From positions 160,001 to 224,000 of the forward strand of contig OY762209.1 of the NCBI GenBank assembly GCA_963665295.1: a stretch of 64,000 nt of DNA, read 5' to 3'. Position 1 is the stretch's first letter. Each line of letters opens with the position of its first letter. A model generated the notes under the pieces. The model searched no databases, was not told where the DNA came from, and saw nothing but the letters and a program-made list of their open reading frames with translations. Positions 1 to 9,663 of this stretch are shown piece by piece. Made by a program: the position numbers and the translations under genes. This DNA comes from Syntrophorhabdaceae bacterium. GTDB lineage: Bacteria; Desulfobacterota; Syntrophorhabdia; Syntrophorhabdales; Syntrophorhabdaceae.

Positions 1-435
1 CAGGGAGACGCACGGCTTGAGGCCCATGCGGGCAATGTCCTCTATGGCTTCGTAGATCTCGGACCACTCTTTCTCGTCCTCAACCCTCGTGCCGCTCGTA
101 ATGATGCCGAACATGTGGGCGCCCTCTTCTTTTGCCTGCCTCGCCCTGTCGAGAATAACGTCCCTGCCTACAAAGGGGTATTCAGGTGCATCGGTGCAGT
201 AGTGAGCCGACTGGGCGCAGAACCTGCAGTTCTCGCCACAGAGACCGGATTTGGCATTTACGATCCCGCAAAGGTTTATGTGTTTACCCTTGAAGTGTTC
301 CCTTATTTCGGAAGCCGCTGCAATAAGGAGGAACGGATGGACCCGCCCTGCCTCACGAAGCGCCCCGGCTTCATCAAAACCGATGTTCCGCGACTTGATC
401 GCCTGTTCCGTGAGTACCCTTATGGTTTTGTTCAT
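1..435 (-). CDS. bioB: Biotin synthase (radical SAM), runs off the left edge
   Basis: Not in the ORF track. Manual translation from ATG 435: MNKTIRVLTEQ...CGIVNAKSGLCGENCRFCAQSAHY, the BioB NAKSGxCxExCxFCxQS signature. Confidence 0.93.
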   Translation of the reverse strand, partial: MNKTIRVLTEQAIKSRNIGFDEAGALREAGRVHPFLLIAAASEIREHFKGKHINLCGIVNAKSGLCGENCRFCAQSAHYCTDAPEYPFVGRDVILDRARQAKEEGAHMFGIITSGTRVEDEKEWSEIYEAIEDIARMGLKPCVSL

Positions 436-452
436 GTGACGTCCTTTTCTCC

Positions 453-1445
453 TTAAATGCTGAGTGTGTCCCTGTCTACAGTCACTTTCCCTATGGAGTT
501 GAGCGTAGCGGCGTTGTCTCCCGATTCTATGGTAATGGGAAAAGCGTCGGTCTTCCCGTAGAGGGCCATGAGGTTCCCCGCGACCTCCAGGTCCTCCGCC
601 CGGGGCGCGCCTGCGAGAAGGCCCGTGGGGCCTTTGAACCCGACAGGGGTGAGGAGCACATGGGGCGGCATGTGGGCGGCGTTAAGCCTCCCGTTTTCTT
701 CCTCGTTCCTGCCCAGGATGAGCTTCATGTCCGGCCTCAGCCTGAAGTGCCTGCCGATCTTCAGGAGGGTCACATCCCTCATGGTGAACCCTTTTTCAAA
801 GGCGAAGAGGTCCTTCATTCTCCGGGCAAAAACAGGGTCCGTGAGGAGACAGCCTCCCCCGGGGCAACTGAACTCCTTGAGGCTCATGGCGTCCACAAGC
901 TCGTACTGGGTCTTTCTCCCCCGTCCGGCGATATCATAAAGTTTTTCTCTGTCCACGATGCCCTCGATCTCGGGCAGGGTGGGAGGAAAATGCTTTGCAG
1001 ACAGGGGCCTCAGCATCAAACCTTCAAGGCCGCTCTCCCTTTCTATGAGTCTGATGGTTTCTCTCCTCTGGGACATGGGCCTCTGGCCCAGCACCTCTCC
1101 GGTGATGACGAAACTCGCGCCCGTCTCCTCCATGAGCTTTCGCGCCTCTTTGAGCATGAATATGCGGCAATCGATGCAGGGGTTCATGGCCCTTCCATAC
1201 CCGTGTCCGGGTGAACGGACGATTTCCAGGTAATCCATGCCTTTGAGTCTCACCAGAACCTCCACGTCAAGCTCGCGGGCCGTCCTTACCGCCTGGAGCC
1301 CGCAGCCCTTGTCCCCCTTCGTGCAGGTGCAGAAGGGTGAGGTAAAATGGAGGGCAACGACCTCTATGCCCTGCTCTTTGATGATTCTGGTGGCGAGGAT
1401 ACTGTCGAGTCCGCCCGACAGGAGAGATATGGCTTTCCGTTCCAT
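453..1445 (-). CDS. PP-loop ATP pyrophosphatase, ThiI/MnmA-like tRNA sulfurtransferase family
   Basis: LLSGGLDS PP-loop, NPCIDC, TGEVLGQRPMSQ and GGCLLTD motifs. Confidence 0.8.
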   Translation of the reverse strand: MERKAISLLSGGLDSILATRIIKEQGIEVVALHFTSPFCTCTKGDKGCGLQAVRTARELDVEVLVRLKGMDYLEIVRSPGHGYGRAMNPCIDCRIFMLKEARKLMEETGASFVITGEVLGQRPMSQRRETIRLIERESGLEGLMLRPLSAKHFPPTLPEIEGIVDREKLYDIAGRGRKTQYELVDAMSLKEFSCPGGGCLLTDPVFARRMKDLFAFEKGFTMRDVTLLKIGRHFRLRPDMKLILGRNEEENGRLNAAHMPPHVLLTPVGFKGPTGLLAGAPRAEDLEVAGNLMALYGKTDAFPITIESGDNAATLNSIGKVTVDRDTLSI

Positions 1446-1533
1446 CGGGTTTCACTATACCAGTTCCACGAGCTATTGTCAACTGAGTCTATCGTTCTAC
1501 TATAGTTTGTAACAATGAGGCCGACCCGTTTCG

Positions 1534-1553
1534 GGTTCAAATCCTGTCGCCCC
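1534..1553 (+). other. tRNA-Pro-like 3' fragment (T-arm plus acceptor strand), possible att scar
   Basis: GGTTCAAATCCTGTCGCCCC resembles the 3' end of bacterial tRNA-Pro; no 5' half or CCA present. Confidence 0.5.
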
Positions 1554-1639
1554 CCGGGAGCGCCGTCTGGTCCCTCGTGACCTGATTCAGTATCTCATCG
1601 TGGAGCACTTCCACGAGATGTTCCCGCAATCCAATGAAG

Positions 1640-2064
1640 CCGGGGTCGCTACGAGGTCATGGATCTCCTTCCGGGAACGATCCACGCTGATCCGGACATG
1701 AATATTGTGAAGACCGGAGAGAAAAGTAGCCCACGGAGGGTACCGTTGGTAAGAAGGGTGAGGGACGGACGGGTACCCGCGGCATCGAACAGGTCTTTGA
1801 GGCGGGGGGGCAGAGAAGGACCTCGCCCCCGCTCAAGGTGATATTCATCGCTCCCATGTCCACGGCCTCATCGATCATTCCCCGGAGGATGTCCGGGGGG
1901 AAATCACCACTTCCCGTGTCCGTGTAGTAACAGTGACGGCAGCGGAGGTTACACCTGTCCGTCACGTAGACGAAGAGGCTCTTCAGCCGGGGGGCCGGGG
2001 AATCGTCTTCTTTGCCGGGAGGCTGGTACACGGTGAATGAAAAACAATTCCTTGCGGTTTCCAT
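1640..2064 (-). pseudogene. Frameshifted radical SAM protein remnant
   Basis: VTDRCNLRCRHCY and LSGGE in one frame; LTLLTNGTL follows in a second frame after the G7 run at ~1804-1810; VRISVD..KEIHD in a further frame. Confidence 0.75.
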
Positions 2065-2290
2065 GATTGTACCGGAGACACCCCGTCAGTTGACCGGGCT
2101 GCACGCCATAGCAGGGCCTATCTGTTCCGGAAGCTCCTCGCTCATAGGGATAATGGTTGCAGAGGGCACATAGCCCGGGCCCCGGAAGAGGGAACTGCAT
2201 TTTGAGTGTACCCGTTCTTTTCGCGCCTCATGGGACGTGAGGATGGCCGGCAGGAAACAGGTCCACCGGCATCCGGTCCCGTGAGGGAGG

Positions 2291-5200
2291 CTACTTTCTT
2301 ACGACGGCTACGGGGAAATCCTGGATGGTCTGGGGCTTCGTGGTGGTGGGCGTCTGCTGCCCCTCCGTCAACTCCTTGACCCGTTCGGAAAGATAGAGAT
2401 CGAGCATGTTGATGCTGATCTTCCCTTTCTTCGTGTAGTCCGCCCTGCCGTTCAGGGCCTCCACGAGGGCCTTGGTAAAGGCGCCGTTATTCCATTCAGG
2501 CCTTTCGAGGGAGAACTGTCTTCCCGTGGAGGAAGCGAAGACGACCGCTCCGTTCTCCGCGCTCGACAGCTCGTTGGCGATATTGGTCACATCCCCCAGC
2601 GCCTTGCGGGTCCCCATCACGTTCCCCGAATGGCAGGTGTCCACAAATACGAGGGTCTTGCCCGCAAGATTGGCGATGGTGTTCTTTATGTCCCCGTAAG
2701 GGACGCCCGTGCGCTTTATGGCGCTCTTGTCGAAATTGGTGGGAATGAAGTAATAGACACCCGTATTGTCGTTAATACCGTGGCCTGAGAGGAAGACCAT
2801 GGCCACGTCTTTGCTCGTGGTGGACTTCTGTATCCATTCAAGGCCGTCGAGGACAGCGTCTCTCGTTGCCGTGTCGTCGGTGAGGAGCCGCACATCCACA
2901 TCCCTGTAAAGTGCTCCCTTCTGGGCCTTCATGGCTTCCGCAAAATCCCGGGCATCCTTTGCCGCATAACGGAGCTGGTTTTCCGGGGGGAAGTTGACAT
3001 ATTTCCCCACCCCTATGGCGAGGATGTAGAGTTTGGGCAGGATGACGAATTCATCCCTCTGGGTCCTTCCGAGCCACCGCACCCGGATGGTTGCAGGCTC
3101 GCTGCTCGCGAACCTGTTCGACGCGATAATGGATATCTGCGAATCTTCAGGGGGTATGGCCACGGTCACAAGCCTCACGTTCGGTGCGCCTGAAGCCGCG
3201 GGAGTCCCCTCCTTCTTTGCGGAAGCCGCCGGACCTTCCCTGCCCGGTGCCTGGACCTGTCCCGCCGGCCCGCCCGTATTGTCTTCTTCCACGGCCAGGT
3301 CTCTCACCGAGGCCACGGGGCGCCCGTTTACGAGGGCCCTCACCTCCGTAACCGCTTCGCCCGAAGGGGACCGGACAGTGAATCGCACGGGAATCTGGGG
3401 CGTTGAGGCGACCACGTTATCCGAGGGTGATACAATGCTCACCACGGGCGGCAGTATCTTCTGCACTGATACCGCCTCGGCCTGGCCCTTCTTCCCTGAT
3501 TCCTGGTTGGCGATCTTGATCGCCTCCCTCTCATCGAGGGTCTCCACTACCTTTTCTATGATGTCGGGCCTGTAATAGGCTTCCCTGAACCGGGAAACGG
3601 GGAAAAAGTCGGATGCCATGTCGGGGCTGTTATTCACGTGCCAGCCGATAAGCTCCTCCGCTCCGGCGGAGGCCTCGTAGTAACCCAGGGGGGTCCACAA
3701 TATCCACCGTTTCATATCCCCGTGGGGAAAGAAGTTCAATATGTTTACCCCGTCCTTCATGCGGTACCACCTGATGATGCCATCCCCGAAAAATACCGCC
3801 GCAATCCGACCGTCCCCCGAAATGTTCATGGCCCATGGGGTCGAGGGGGCGACGACACGCCATAACTCCGCGCCCGACATGTCGAAGGCGCGCAGGTTCC
3901 AACTCGTCCCGAGAAGGAGGCGGCTCTTGTCGGGCGACACGGCGAAGCTCCTTGAAAGTTCATACTGGTCAAGCTTGAGGGCGACCCCTTTCAGCTTCGG
4001 TTGGTACGAGTCCTCCCAGTCAACAAGGCCGATGGACTCTCCCGGGGTGAGCGAAGAATGAAGGTCCCCCGAATCACGCTTCCCGTCGTCCGGTTTCAGT
4101 ATCTTGAGAAGGCGCTCCGTGACGGAGAACTGCCCCGAAGTCCTGTCGAGGACGTTATACTCGAAACGCACGACGAAGCCGTTCCGGGAAAGAAAAGAGC
4201 CGTCCCTGTTTCTGTAGTCCGCTATGGCGGGGTTTTTTCTCAAACCCGGCTCATCATGGGCATTGAAGGTGCCGAAGGCCGGGGCTGCGGAAACGTACGC
4301 AATACCGCCCCCTGTAAGAGGCACGATATCCATGATGCTGTGGAGTATGCCGGTAAGCCTGTAAGCCCCGCCCTTTCCTTCCCGCCCCCACCTGCAGATA
4401 GGGAACTGGCCTTCTGCCTGGAACTTCCCGCCCCCATAGAGCATCTGTCCATCCCGGGACCATGTGACGACTTCCAGGTTGCCGTTATCCGCGAATCCCG
4501 TGTCGGGCGCGTAGAGGTACGCGAGGTCCTTTCCCGAGAGCACGTCTATTTTCGTCGTGTCGTTGAAGCCCACCGCCACTTTCGACCCGTCAGGGGAAAA
4601 ACCGGCAAAAACAGGCTTCCTGCCCCCTGTTCCGTTCACCTTTGCCACAAGTTTGAAGGCGCTGTCATAGAGGCGGATGGACCCGTCATAGGACGTGGTG
4701 ACGAGGCGGTTTTGCCCGTCGAAATCCGCTCCGAAGCACTCGTCGCCGTAATTCCCGTCCTCCGCCACGAGGGCATTGTCGGAAGTCCTGTATACACGGA
4801 ATCCGTTCTTCCCCCCGAGCATGGCCACGAGATACTGGCCGTCCTTTGAATATCTGAGGTGGCGGATCACGTTGATGATGTCCGGTATCCTGCCCTTGAT
4901 CCTCCCTGTTTCGCGATCAATGACATAGATGTTATGGAATATGTCGCCGCCCATGGTCCAACCCCCGCACGCGATAGTGCTGCCGTCCGGAGAAAGGGCG
5001 ACGGAATAGATGTTTCCCTCGTATTGAGCACCTATGGGAGGTCTCACCACCCTGAGGAGATTCCCCGAAGCGAGTTCCCATACGCGCAGCGTCTTGTCAT
5101 CGGAACCCGTGACGATATACCTGCTCTGGGCGTCCACCGCCATCCGCCTCGCAAGGGAGGTGTGCACTCCTGTTTCGATGCGGAAGATCGGTTCTCTGGA

Positions 5201-5308
5201 GAGGTTGTTAGGGGGTTTTGCTGTGTAAACCGTTGTCCCCATGGAGTATGTCCCGAGGAGTGTCGCTACCGAAACGATGAAGCATATCAGACCGATCCGT
5301 TTCTTCAT
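2291..5308 (-). CDS. Secreted WD40-repeat protein with C-terminal caspase-like peptidase C14 domain
   Basis: Signal-like MKKRIGLICF at ATG 5308; WD repeats (VTGSDDKTLRVWE, TTSYDGSIRLYD); catalytic FLSGHG and VDTCHSG. Confidence 0.9.
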   Translation of the reverse strand: MKKRIGLICFIVSVATLLGTYSMGTTVYTAKPPNNLSREPIFRIETGVHTSLARRMAVDAQSRYIVTGSDDKTLRVWELASGNLLRVVRPPIGAQYEGNIYSVALSPDGSTIACGGWTMGGDIFHNIYVIDRETGRIKGRIPDIINVIRHLRYSKDGQYLVAMLGGKNGFRVYRTSDNALVAEDGNYGDECFGADFDGQNRLVTTSYDGSIRLYDSAFKLVAKVNGTGGRKPVFAGFSPDGSKVAVGFNDTTKIDVLSGKDLAYLYAPDTGFADNGNLEVVTWSRDGQMLYGGGKFQAEGQFPICRWGREGKGGAYRLTGILHSIMDIVPLTGGGIAYVSAAPAFGTFNAHDEPGLRKNPAIADYRNRDGSFLSRNGFVVRFEYNVLDRTSGQFSVTERLLKILKPDDGKRDSGDLHSSLTPGESIGLVDWEDSYQPKLKGVALKLDQYELSRSFAVSPDKSRLLLGTSWNLRAFDMSGAELWRVVAPSTPWAMNISGDGRIAAVFFGDGIIRWYRMKDGVNILNFFPHGDMKRWILWTPLGYYEASAGAEELIGWHVNNSPDMASDFFPVSRFREAYYRPDIIEKVVETLDEREAIKIANQESGKKGQAEAVSVQKILPPVVSIVSPSDNVVASTPQIPVRFTVRSPSGEAVTEVRALVNGRPVASVRDLAVEEDNTGGPAGQVQAPGREGPAASAKKEGTPAASGAPNVRLVTVAIPPEDSQISIIASNRFASSEPATIRVRWLGRTQRDEFVILPKLYILAIGVGKYVNFPPENQLRYAAKDARDFAEAMKAQKGALYRDVDVRLLTDDTATRDAVLDGLEWIQKSTTSKDVAMVFLSGHGINDNTGVYYFIPTNFDKSAIKRTGVPYGDIKNTIANLAGKTLVFVDTCHSGNVMGTRKALGDVTNIANELSSAENGAVVFASSTGRQFSLERPEWNNGAFTKALVEALNGRADYTKKGKISINMLDLYLSERVKELTEGQQTPTTTKPQTIQDFPVAVVRK

Positions 5309-5484
5309 AACCCGTCCTGTCCCCCTTAAAAATGGATACAACCAATGCCGAATTTTAACTTCCCCGCACGAATCATGCAAGCACTAAGTTCTAAACCTCA
5401 ATGATTTACATATGTCCGCCAAATATAAGATGAAAAAGGACCAAAAACGCCCGGCGGCCCCAGGTCGTGGGACGTCGCATTTTC

Positions 5485-5513
5485 TTGACAATCCTGCGGG
5501 TCTTGAATACAAT
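5485..5513 (+). promoter_or_regulatory. Sigma70 promoter of the DUF4384 gene
   Basis: TTGACA-N17-TACAAT upstream of RBS AGGAGG and ATG 5551. Confidence 0.7.
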
Positions 5514-5550
5514 TTCCCTGCTCAAGTCTTTCACAAAATGAGGAGGTAAC

Positions 5551-6519
5551 ATGACGAAGCAAGGGTTGGCAGTGCTGTGTATGGCTACGGCGTTGTTGGT
5601 CGGATTCGGATCGGGCGACGCGGGCGCGGGTGAACCCGCCGGGGCCAAGGCGCTCTTCTTCAGTGGAGAGGGAACGACCATGGCATCCTCGGCGACCGCC
5701 CCCCAGCGGCGGCAAACTGTGGCCCGCGCCACGACACCCTCGAACGTGAAGTATATGGGTATCTCCTATTGGATAGACCGCCTCGGCAAAGACGGAACAA
5801 TGCGGAGGGTCGGCTCCAAAACCGTGTTCAGACAGGGCGACCGGATCAAGGTCTCCCTCAAGAGCAACAGGGAAGGCTACCTGTACGTGATCAATCTCGG
5901 ATCCACCGGGTCCTCCACCGTACTCTTTCCCAATGCGCGAACTCCCCAGGGGGACAACCGCATCTACCCGGACCAGACCTACGAGATACCTCCCACGGGC
6001 TTCTTCCGGTTTGACGAAAATCCCGGAGAGGAGACGCTCCTCGTCATGCTGTCGCCTACCCCCATGGACGGAGGCGCGCCTCAGTTCAGCCCTCCGGACC
6101 GGATGACCGCGTCAGCGCCTCTTCCTCCGTCTCCGCCTGCCGAGGGGCTCATGACACAGCCCACCGCCCAAGCCCCCCAGGCTGCTCCATTCCCCGACAA
6201 CACGGCGTCCTTACAGGAGCCTCCGCCCGAGGGCATGCAGATGCAGGGCATGCAACAAGGCATGCAGCAGGATATGCAGGGTATGCAGATGATGGCAAAC
6301 GCCGGGGATATGGGCTCCAAGGGATTGCCGAGAGGGGCAAAAGACCTCATGATCGAGGAACTGACCACAACCGCAAGCACCAGGGCCGTAAGCCGCAAGG
6401 ACCTGTTCATTGAGGAAGACTCGGGCCCGAACCCCGCGTCCTATGCCGTGGCCCCTGTATCCACCCTCCAGCAGGGCGGGAGACTCATTTCCCTCAAGAT
6501 CAGTCTGAAACACAGATAA
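5551..6519 (+). CDS. Secreted DUF4384-domain protein with Pro- and Met/Gln-rich linker
   Basis: Signal peptide; GDRIKVSLKSNREGYLYVINLGSTG...LFPN...GEETLLVMLS resembles DUF4384. Confidence 0.8.
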   Translation: MTKQGLAVLCMATALLVGFGSGDAGAGEPAGAKALFFSGEGTTMASSATAPQRRQTVARATTPSNVKYMGISYWIDRLGKDGTMRRVGSKTVFRQGDRIKVSLKSNREGYLYVINLGSTGSSTVLFPNARTPQGDNRIYPDQTYEIPPTGFFRFDENPGEETLLVMLSPTPMDGGAPQFSPPDRMTASAPLPPSPPAEGLMTQPTAQAPQAAPFPDNTASLQEPPPEGMQMQGMQQGMQQDMQGMQMMANAGDMGSKGLPRGAKDLMIEELTTTASTRAVSRKDLFIEEDSGPNPASYAVAPVSTLQQGGRLISLKISLKHR

Positions 6520-6658
6520 GGAACAGCGCCGAAAAGAGTGCCGAGTCAAGAGGTCAAGGATGGGGGGGGGCGGTGCAAGCCCCCTCGTAAAAAGGCAACG
6601 GGCCTTGTGGTTGCGGGCCGGCTGCCGCAACGGAACTAATAATCTCAGGAGGATTTCC

Positions 6659-7279
6659 ATGAAGAGGGTGACAAACCTGTCAAACCTGTTGTTGGCCGTA
6701 CCGCTTCTTATGCTCTGCCTTGCCGGAGCGGCATGTGACAAACCGAAGAACGACGCCGCCGGTCCCAAACCGGAGGCAGCGCAGCAGGCCGTTCAAGGCG
6801 CACCCACCGCCTCGGGTGCACCGGCTCCCGCGAGCGCAGTACCCATGGAGGCAAAGCAGAACCTCCAGCAGGGTCTCTCCTATGTCTCAATCGCCAAGGG
6901 AAATCCGGGCGCAGCCGCTGAAAACTACGAAAACGCCCTCCGGGAATTCTCGAATGCCATAGAGAAGTATCCTGATTACACGGAGGCTTACGGCAATCGC
7001 GCCGTTATCTATATGCAGCAGAAGAAGTTCAACAAGGCCATGGACGACCTCAAGAAGGCGGAATCGATCAATCCCGACGACAAGAACGTTCAGTACAACT
7101 TCATCGCATGGTACTCGCTCCAGAATCAGGTTGACCGCGCCCTCGATTCCCTCGACAAGACCCTCTCCCTCGGCTTCTCGGATTATGACGCCCTGAGGGC
7201 CGATCCCGACCTGAGAAACGTGCGAAACAGTCCGGAATTCAAGAAGGTTTGCGAGAAATACAAAGTTTTCCTCAAGTGA
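6659..7279 (+). CDS. TPR lipoprotein
   Basis: RBS AGGAGG, ATG 6659, lipobox-like LAGAAC; TPR helices (AYGNRA, YNFIAWYS) and capping GFSDY..LRADPDL motif. Confidence 0.8.
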   Translation: MKRVTNLSNLLLAVPLLMLCLAGAACDKPKNDAAGPKPEAAQQAVQGAPTASGAPAPASAVPMEAKQNLQQGLSYVSIAKGNPGAAAENYENALREFSNAIEKYPDYTEAYGNRAVIYMQQKKFNKAMDDLKKAESINPDDKNVQYNFIAWYSLQNQVDRALDSLDKTLSLGFSDYDALRADPDLRNVRNSPEFKKVCEKYKVFLK

Positions 7280-7473
7280 GACGGAGGACATGCGGCACCC
7301 AGGCGCAAAGAGGCCGGATAAGGACAATGTTTTTTGCGGACAGAAACGTGTCCCGGGGATGTTCTTAAATTCACGAACCGCTTGGACCCCAAAATCTTCA
7401 TTTCACGAATACCGGGGGGACCATCCCAAACTTGCTTTCTTTAAAATCAAGACCTTATCAATGGCCGGGTTTT

Positions 7474-7489
7474 TGGCACCGTAAATGCA
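7474..7489 (+). promoter_or_regulatory. Sigma54-type promoter
   Basis: TGGCAC-N5-ATGCA (-24/-12) about 40 nt before ATG 7532. Confidence 0.55.
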
Positions 7490-7531
7490 GCTTTTTGGGC
7501 AGAAGTTAAATAAAAGAACAGGAGAAACGAT

Positions 7532-7777
7532 ATGAAGAAAGTTGTAATGTTTGTTTTGGCAGTACTTATCGGCATCGCATTTGTGTCCACAGGTTTTACG
7601 CAGGACAAACCCGCTGCAGCCCCGGCTGACAAAGCAGCAGTAGCAGCACCTGAGAAAGCAAAAGAAGAAGCTCCTGCAAAAGAAACCAAGAAAGCAAAAA
7701 AGGCAAAAAAAGCCAAAGCAAAAAAAGAAGCAAAACCGGCTGAAGAGAAAGCAGCAGAGCCCGCACCCGCGAAGTAA
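7532..7777 (+). CDS. Small secreted Lys/Ala/Glu-rich low-complexity protein
   Basis: RBS AGGAG, signal peptide, KKAKKAKKAK tract, own terminator. Confidence 0.8.
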   Translation: MKKVVMFVLAVLIGIAFVSTGFTQDKPAAAPADKAAVAAPEKAKEEAPAKETKKAKKAKKAKAKKEAKPAEEKAAEPAPAK

Positions 7778-7789
7778 GACCGTATGTCC

Positions 7790-7820
7790 AGGTGGGAGCT
7801 ACCCGCTCCCACCTTTTTTT
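7790..7820 (+). terminator. Rho-independent terminator
   Basis: AGGTGGGAGC/GCTCCCACCT stem followed by a T run. Confidence 0.9.
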
Positions 7821-8004
7821 GTCTTTTCCGCACTTTCTCCTCCTTCGACTGCCCGGCTTTGCGCATCGGGCGCCTGTCTTCCTCTCAGTTACGAGACAGC
7901 ATGATATCACGGCAAGCCGTAGGAAGTGCCGATATTCCGCGAATGTGACCCGCCATATCACGCCGGTTAGGACATCTTTGCCTCCCCATAGCGGACAATA
8001 ACGA

Positions 8005-8035
8005 TTGACATCGCTATGTTCTTTGGTATATAACG
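8005..8035 (+). promoter_or_regulatory. Sigma70 promoter with overlapping ModE-type box
   Basis: TTGACA then CGCTATGTT-N6-TATATAACG (8012-8035). Confidence 0.7.
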
Positions 8036-8169
8036 GGTACAGAGGCAACTCGGTCGGCGAATATTGTCGGGCCATGAGCCCCATGCATGGAGAAGGAAGG
8101 AAAAGGCGGGTCGATTACGGGCACGAAAGCCCGGCCCAAAAATAAGCCGTCGATTGAAAGGAGGATGTC

Positions 8170-8382
8170 GTGGCACCAACCATCACTTACAATGGCCATC
8201 CCGTACAGATTGTCCGGGTCTGGCCCGCACGCAACGTTATCGAGCAACCCCTGCTTACCGTCCGGTCATTGAAGACCGACCGGGAATGGGTGGTCTGGGG
8301 GTATGAACTTAAGGGGGATCACAACGTCATCAAACTGGGCGTCGAAAGGGCGGAGCGTCGGCGGGAGCAAACCCACAGTTAG
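8170..8382 (+). CDS. Small hypothetical protein (70 aa)
   Basis: Strong RBS GAAAGGAGG before GTG; own promoter at 8005. Confidence 0.6.
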   Translation: MAPTITYNGHPVQIVRVWPARNVIEQPLLTVRSLKTDREWVVWGYELKGDHNVIKLGVERAERRREQTHS

Positions 8383-8587
8383 CCCGGTCACGAGGAACAC
8401 GGTCGGCGACCGGCCGGTTCCTTGCCCCGTTACCATGATCAGGCATGCCTTCTCATGACCGGTCATCCATCCATGTCGCATTCTCCGGCGAAAGGGTGAA
8501 ACCCGTCCGGCGCTTTTCGCGGACAGAGAAGGGCGTCCTTACCCCAATTTGCACCTGCGGCGGGGAATCCGCGCCGTGCCTTGCACG

Positions 8588-9334
8588 TCAGATTGCCTCC
8601 CTTTTCAGGATCAGGTTCCGTTTTTCCAGCACGTGGCGCCTCGCGATCTTCTCCACCCTTTCCCTGTCGCCTCTCAGCATCGCTTCAGCCAGCGCCCTGT
8701 GAGCCTCCAGGAAGGGGCCGACCTCGTCCATGGAGTTTCTCTGCGGGGTCCGGCGCCGTGTGATATGGTCGAGAAAGGTGGTGATCAACTTGTAAAGCAC
8801 CTCGCTTCCGGCGGCCCGGTAAATCATTTCATCGAAATCGGCTTCGAGGTCCGTCACGCTCATGAGGTCTCCCTTTTCCAGGGCATGCATGGAGGCATTA
8901 ATGTTCCCGAGGAGGGCGGCGAGCAATTCCTCCGTGACGTGCTCGCATGCGAGGTAGGCGGCGTAGCTTTCGAGGGCGGCTCTTACACCGAAGGCCTCCC
9001 GGATGTCATCGTCGCCAACCTTTCTCACGACAGTGCCCCGGGTCGGGAGTCTCTCCACAAATCCCCGGTGTTCAAGCCTCTTAACCGCTTCGTGCACAGG
9101 CGCCCTGCCCACCTGCAGCTTCCGGGCCAGCCTCTGCTCCACGAGCCTCTGTCCCGGCATGAGATCCCCTTTCACAATGGCGTCTTTCAGGGTCTTGTAG
9201 ACAACCTCCGCAATCGACTTCTTCTTTTCCACAGGCCGGATGCACAAGAGTGCTTCTTCCTTCCCGGTTCGCGCCGGCGTCTCCGGCCCGTTTTTTTCCA
9301 CAATGTCCCCCATCCGTTCCTCTTTTCCATCCAT
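8588..9334 (-). CDS. GntR-family (FCD/FadR-type) transcriptional regulator
   Basis: VYKTLKDAIVKGDLMPGQRLVE..LA..LQVGRAPVHEAVKRLE wHTH plus FCD-like C-terminus; exact start uncertain. Confidence 0.9.
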   Translation of the reverse strand: MDGKEERMGDIVEKNGPETPARTGKEEALLCIRPVEKKKSIAEVVYKTLKDAIVKGDLMPGQRLVEQRLARKLQVGRAPVHEAVKRLEHRGFVERLPTRGTVVRKVGDDDIREAFGVRAALESYAAYLACEHVTEELLAALLGNINASMHALEKGDLMSVTDLEADFDEMIYRAAGSEVLYKLITTFLDHITRRRTPQRNSMDEVGPFLEAHRALAEAMLRGDRERVEKIARRHVLEKRNLILKREAI

Positions 9335-9547
9335 CTTCGCCTGTTTCCCACGCCGCCCTTCAAATGTGGGGCCGCCTCGAGACCCCGGTCGCTTCGGCGG
9401 CCCACATTATGAAAAGGAGGTACCAGGAACAATGCCCATTGCCGGTATGCGCAACGGGTACTCCTCCGGGCTCAGCCCGTTCCCGGAGGACCACGCACGC
9501 AGGACTATGAAGCGGGCCACAGCCCACGCTCACATATGCGTCCATAC

Positions 9548-9580
9548 CGTTATATACGTTAGGTAATAACACGTTGTCAA
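9548..9580 (-). promoter_or_regulatory. Sigma70 promoter of the gntR gene with ModE-type box
   Basis: Minus strand: TTGACA-acg-TGTTATTAC-N6-TATATAACG. Confidence 0.6.
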
Positions 9581-9663
9581 GCTTTTTTTGTACCCTGCCA
9601 AGGGATAACCCTTTACCGTTGTCTTTGTTTGATGACAACTTCCACCAAATATCCATAAATTAC

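Noticed and set aside
1500..1560. Complete tRNA gene
   Set aside because: No D-arm, anticodon arm, 5' acceptor strand or CCA.
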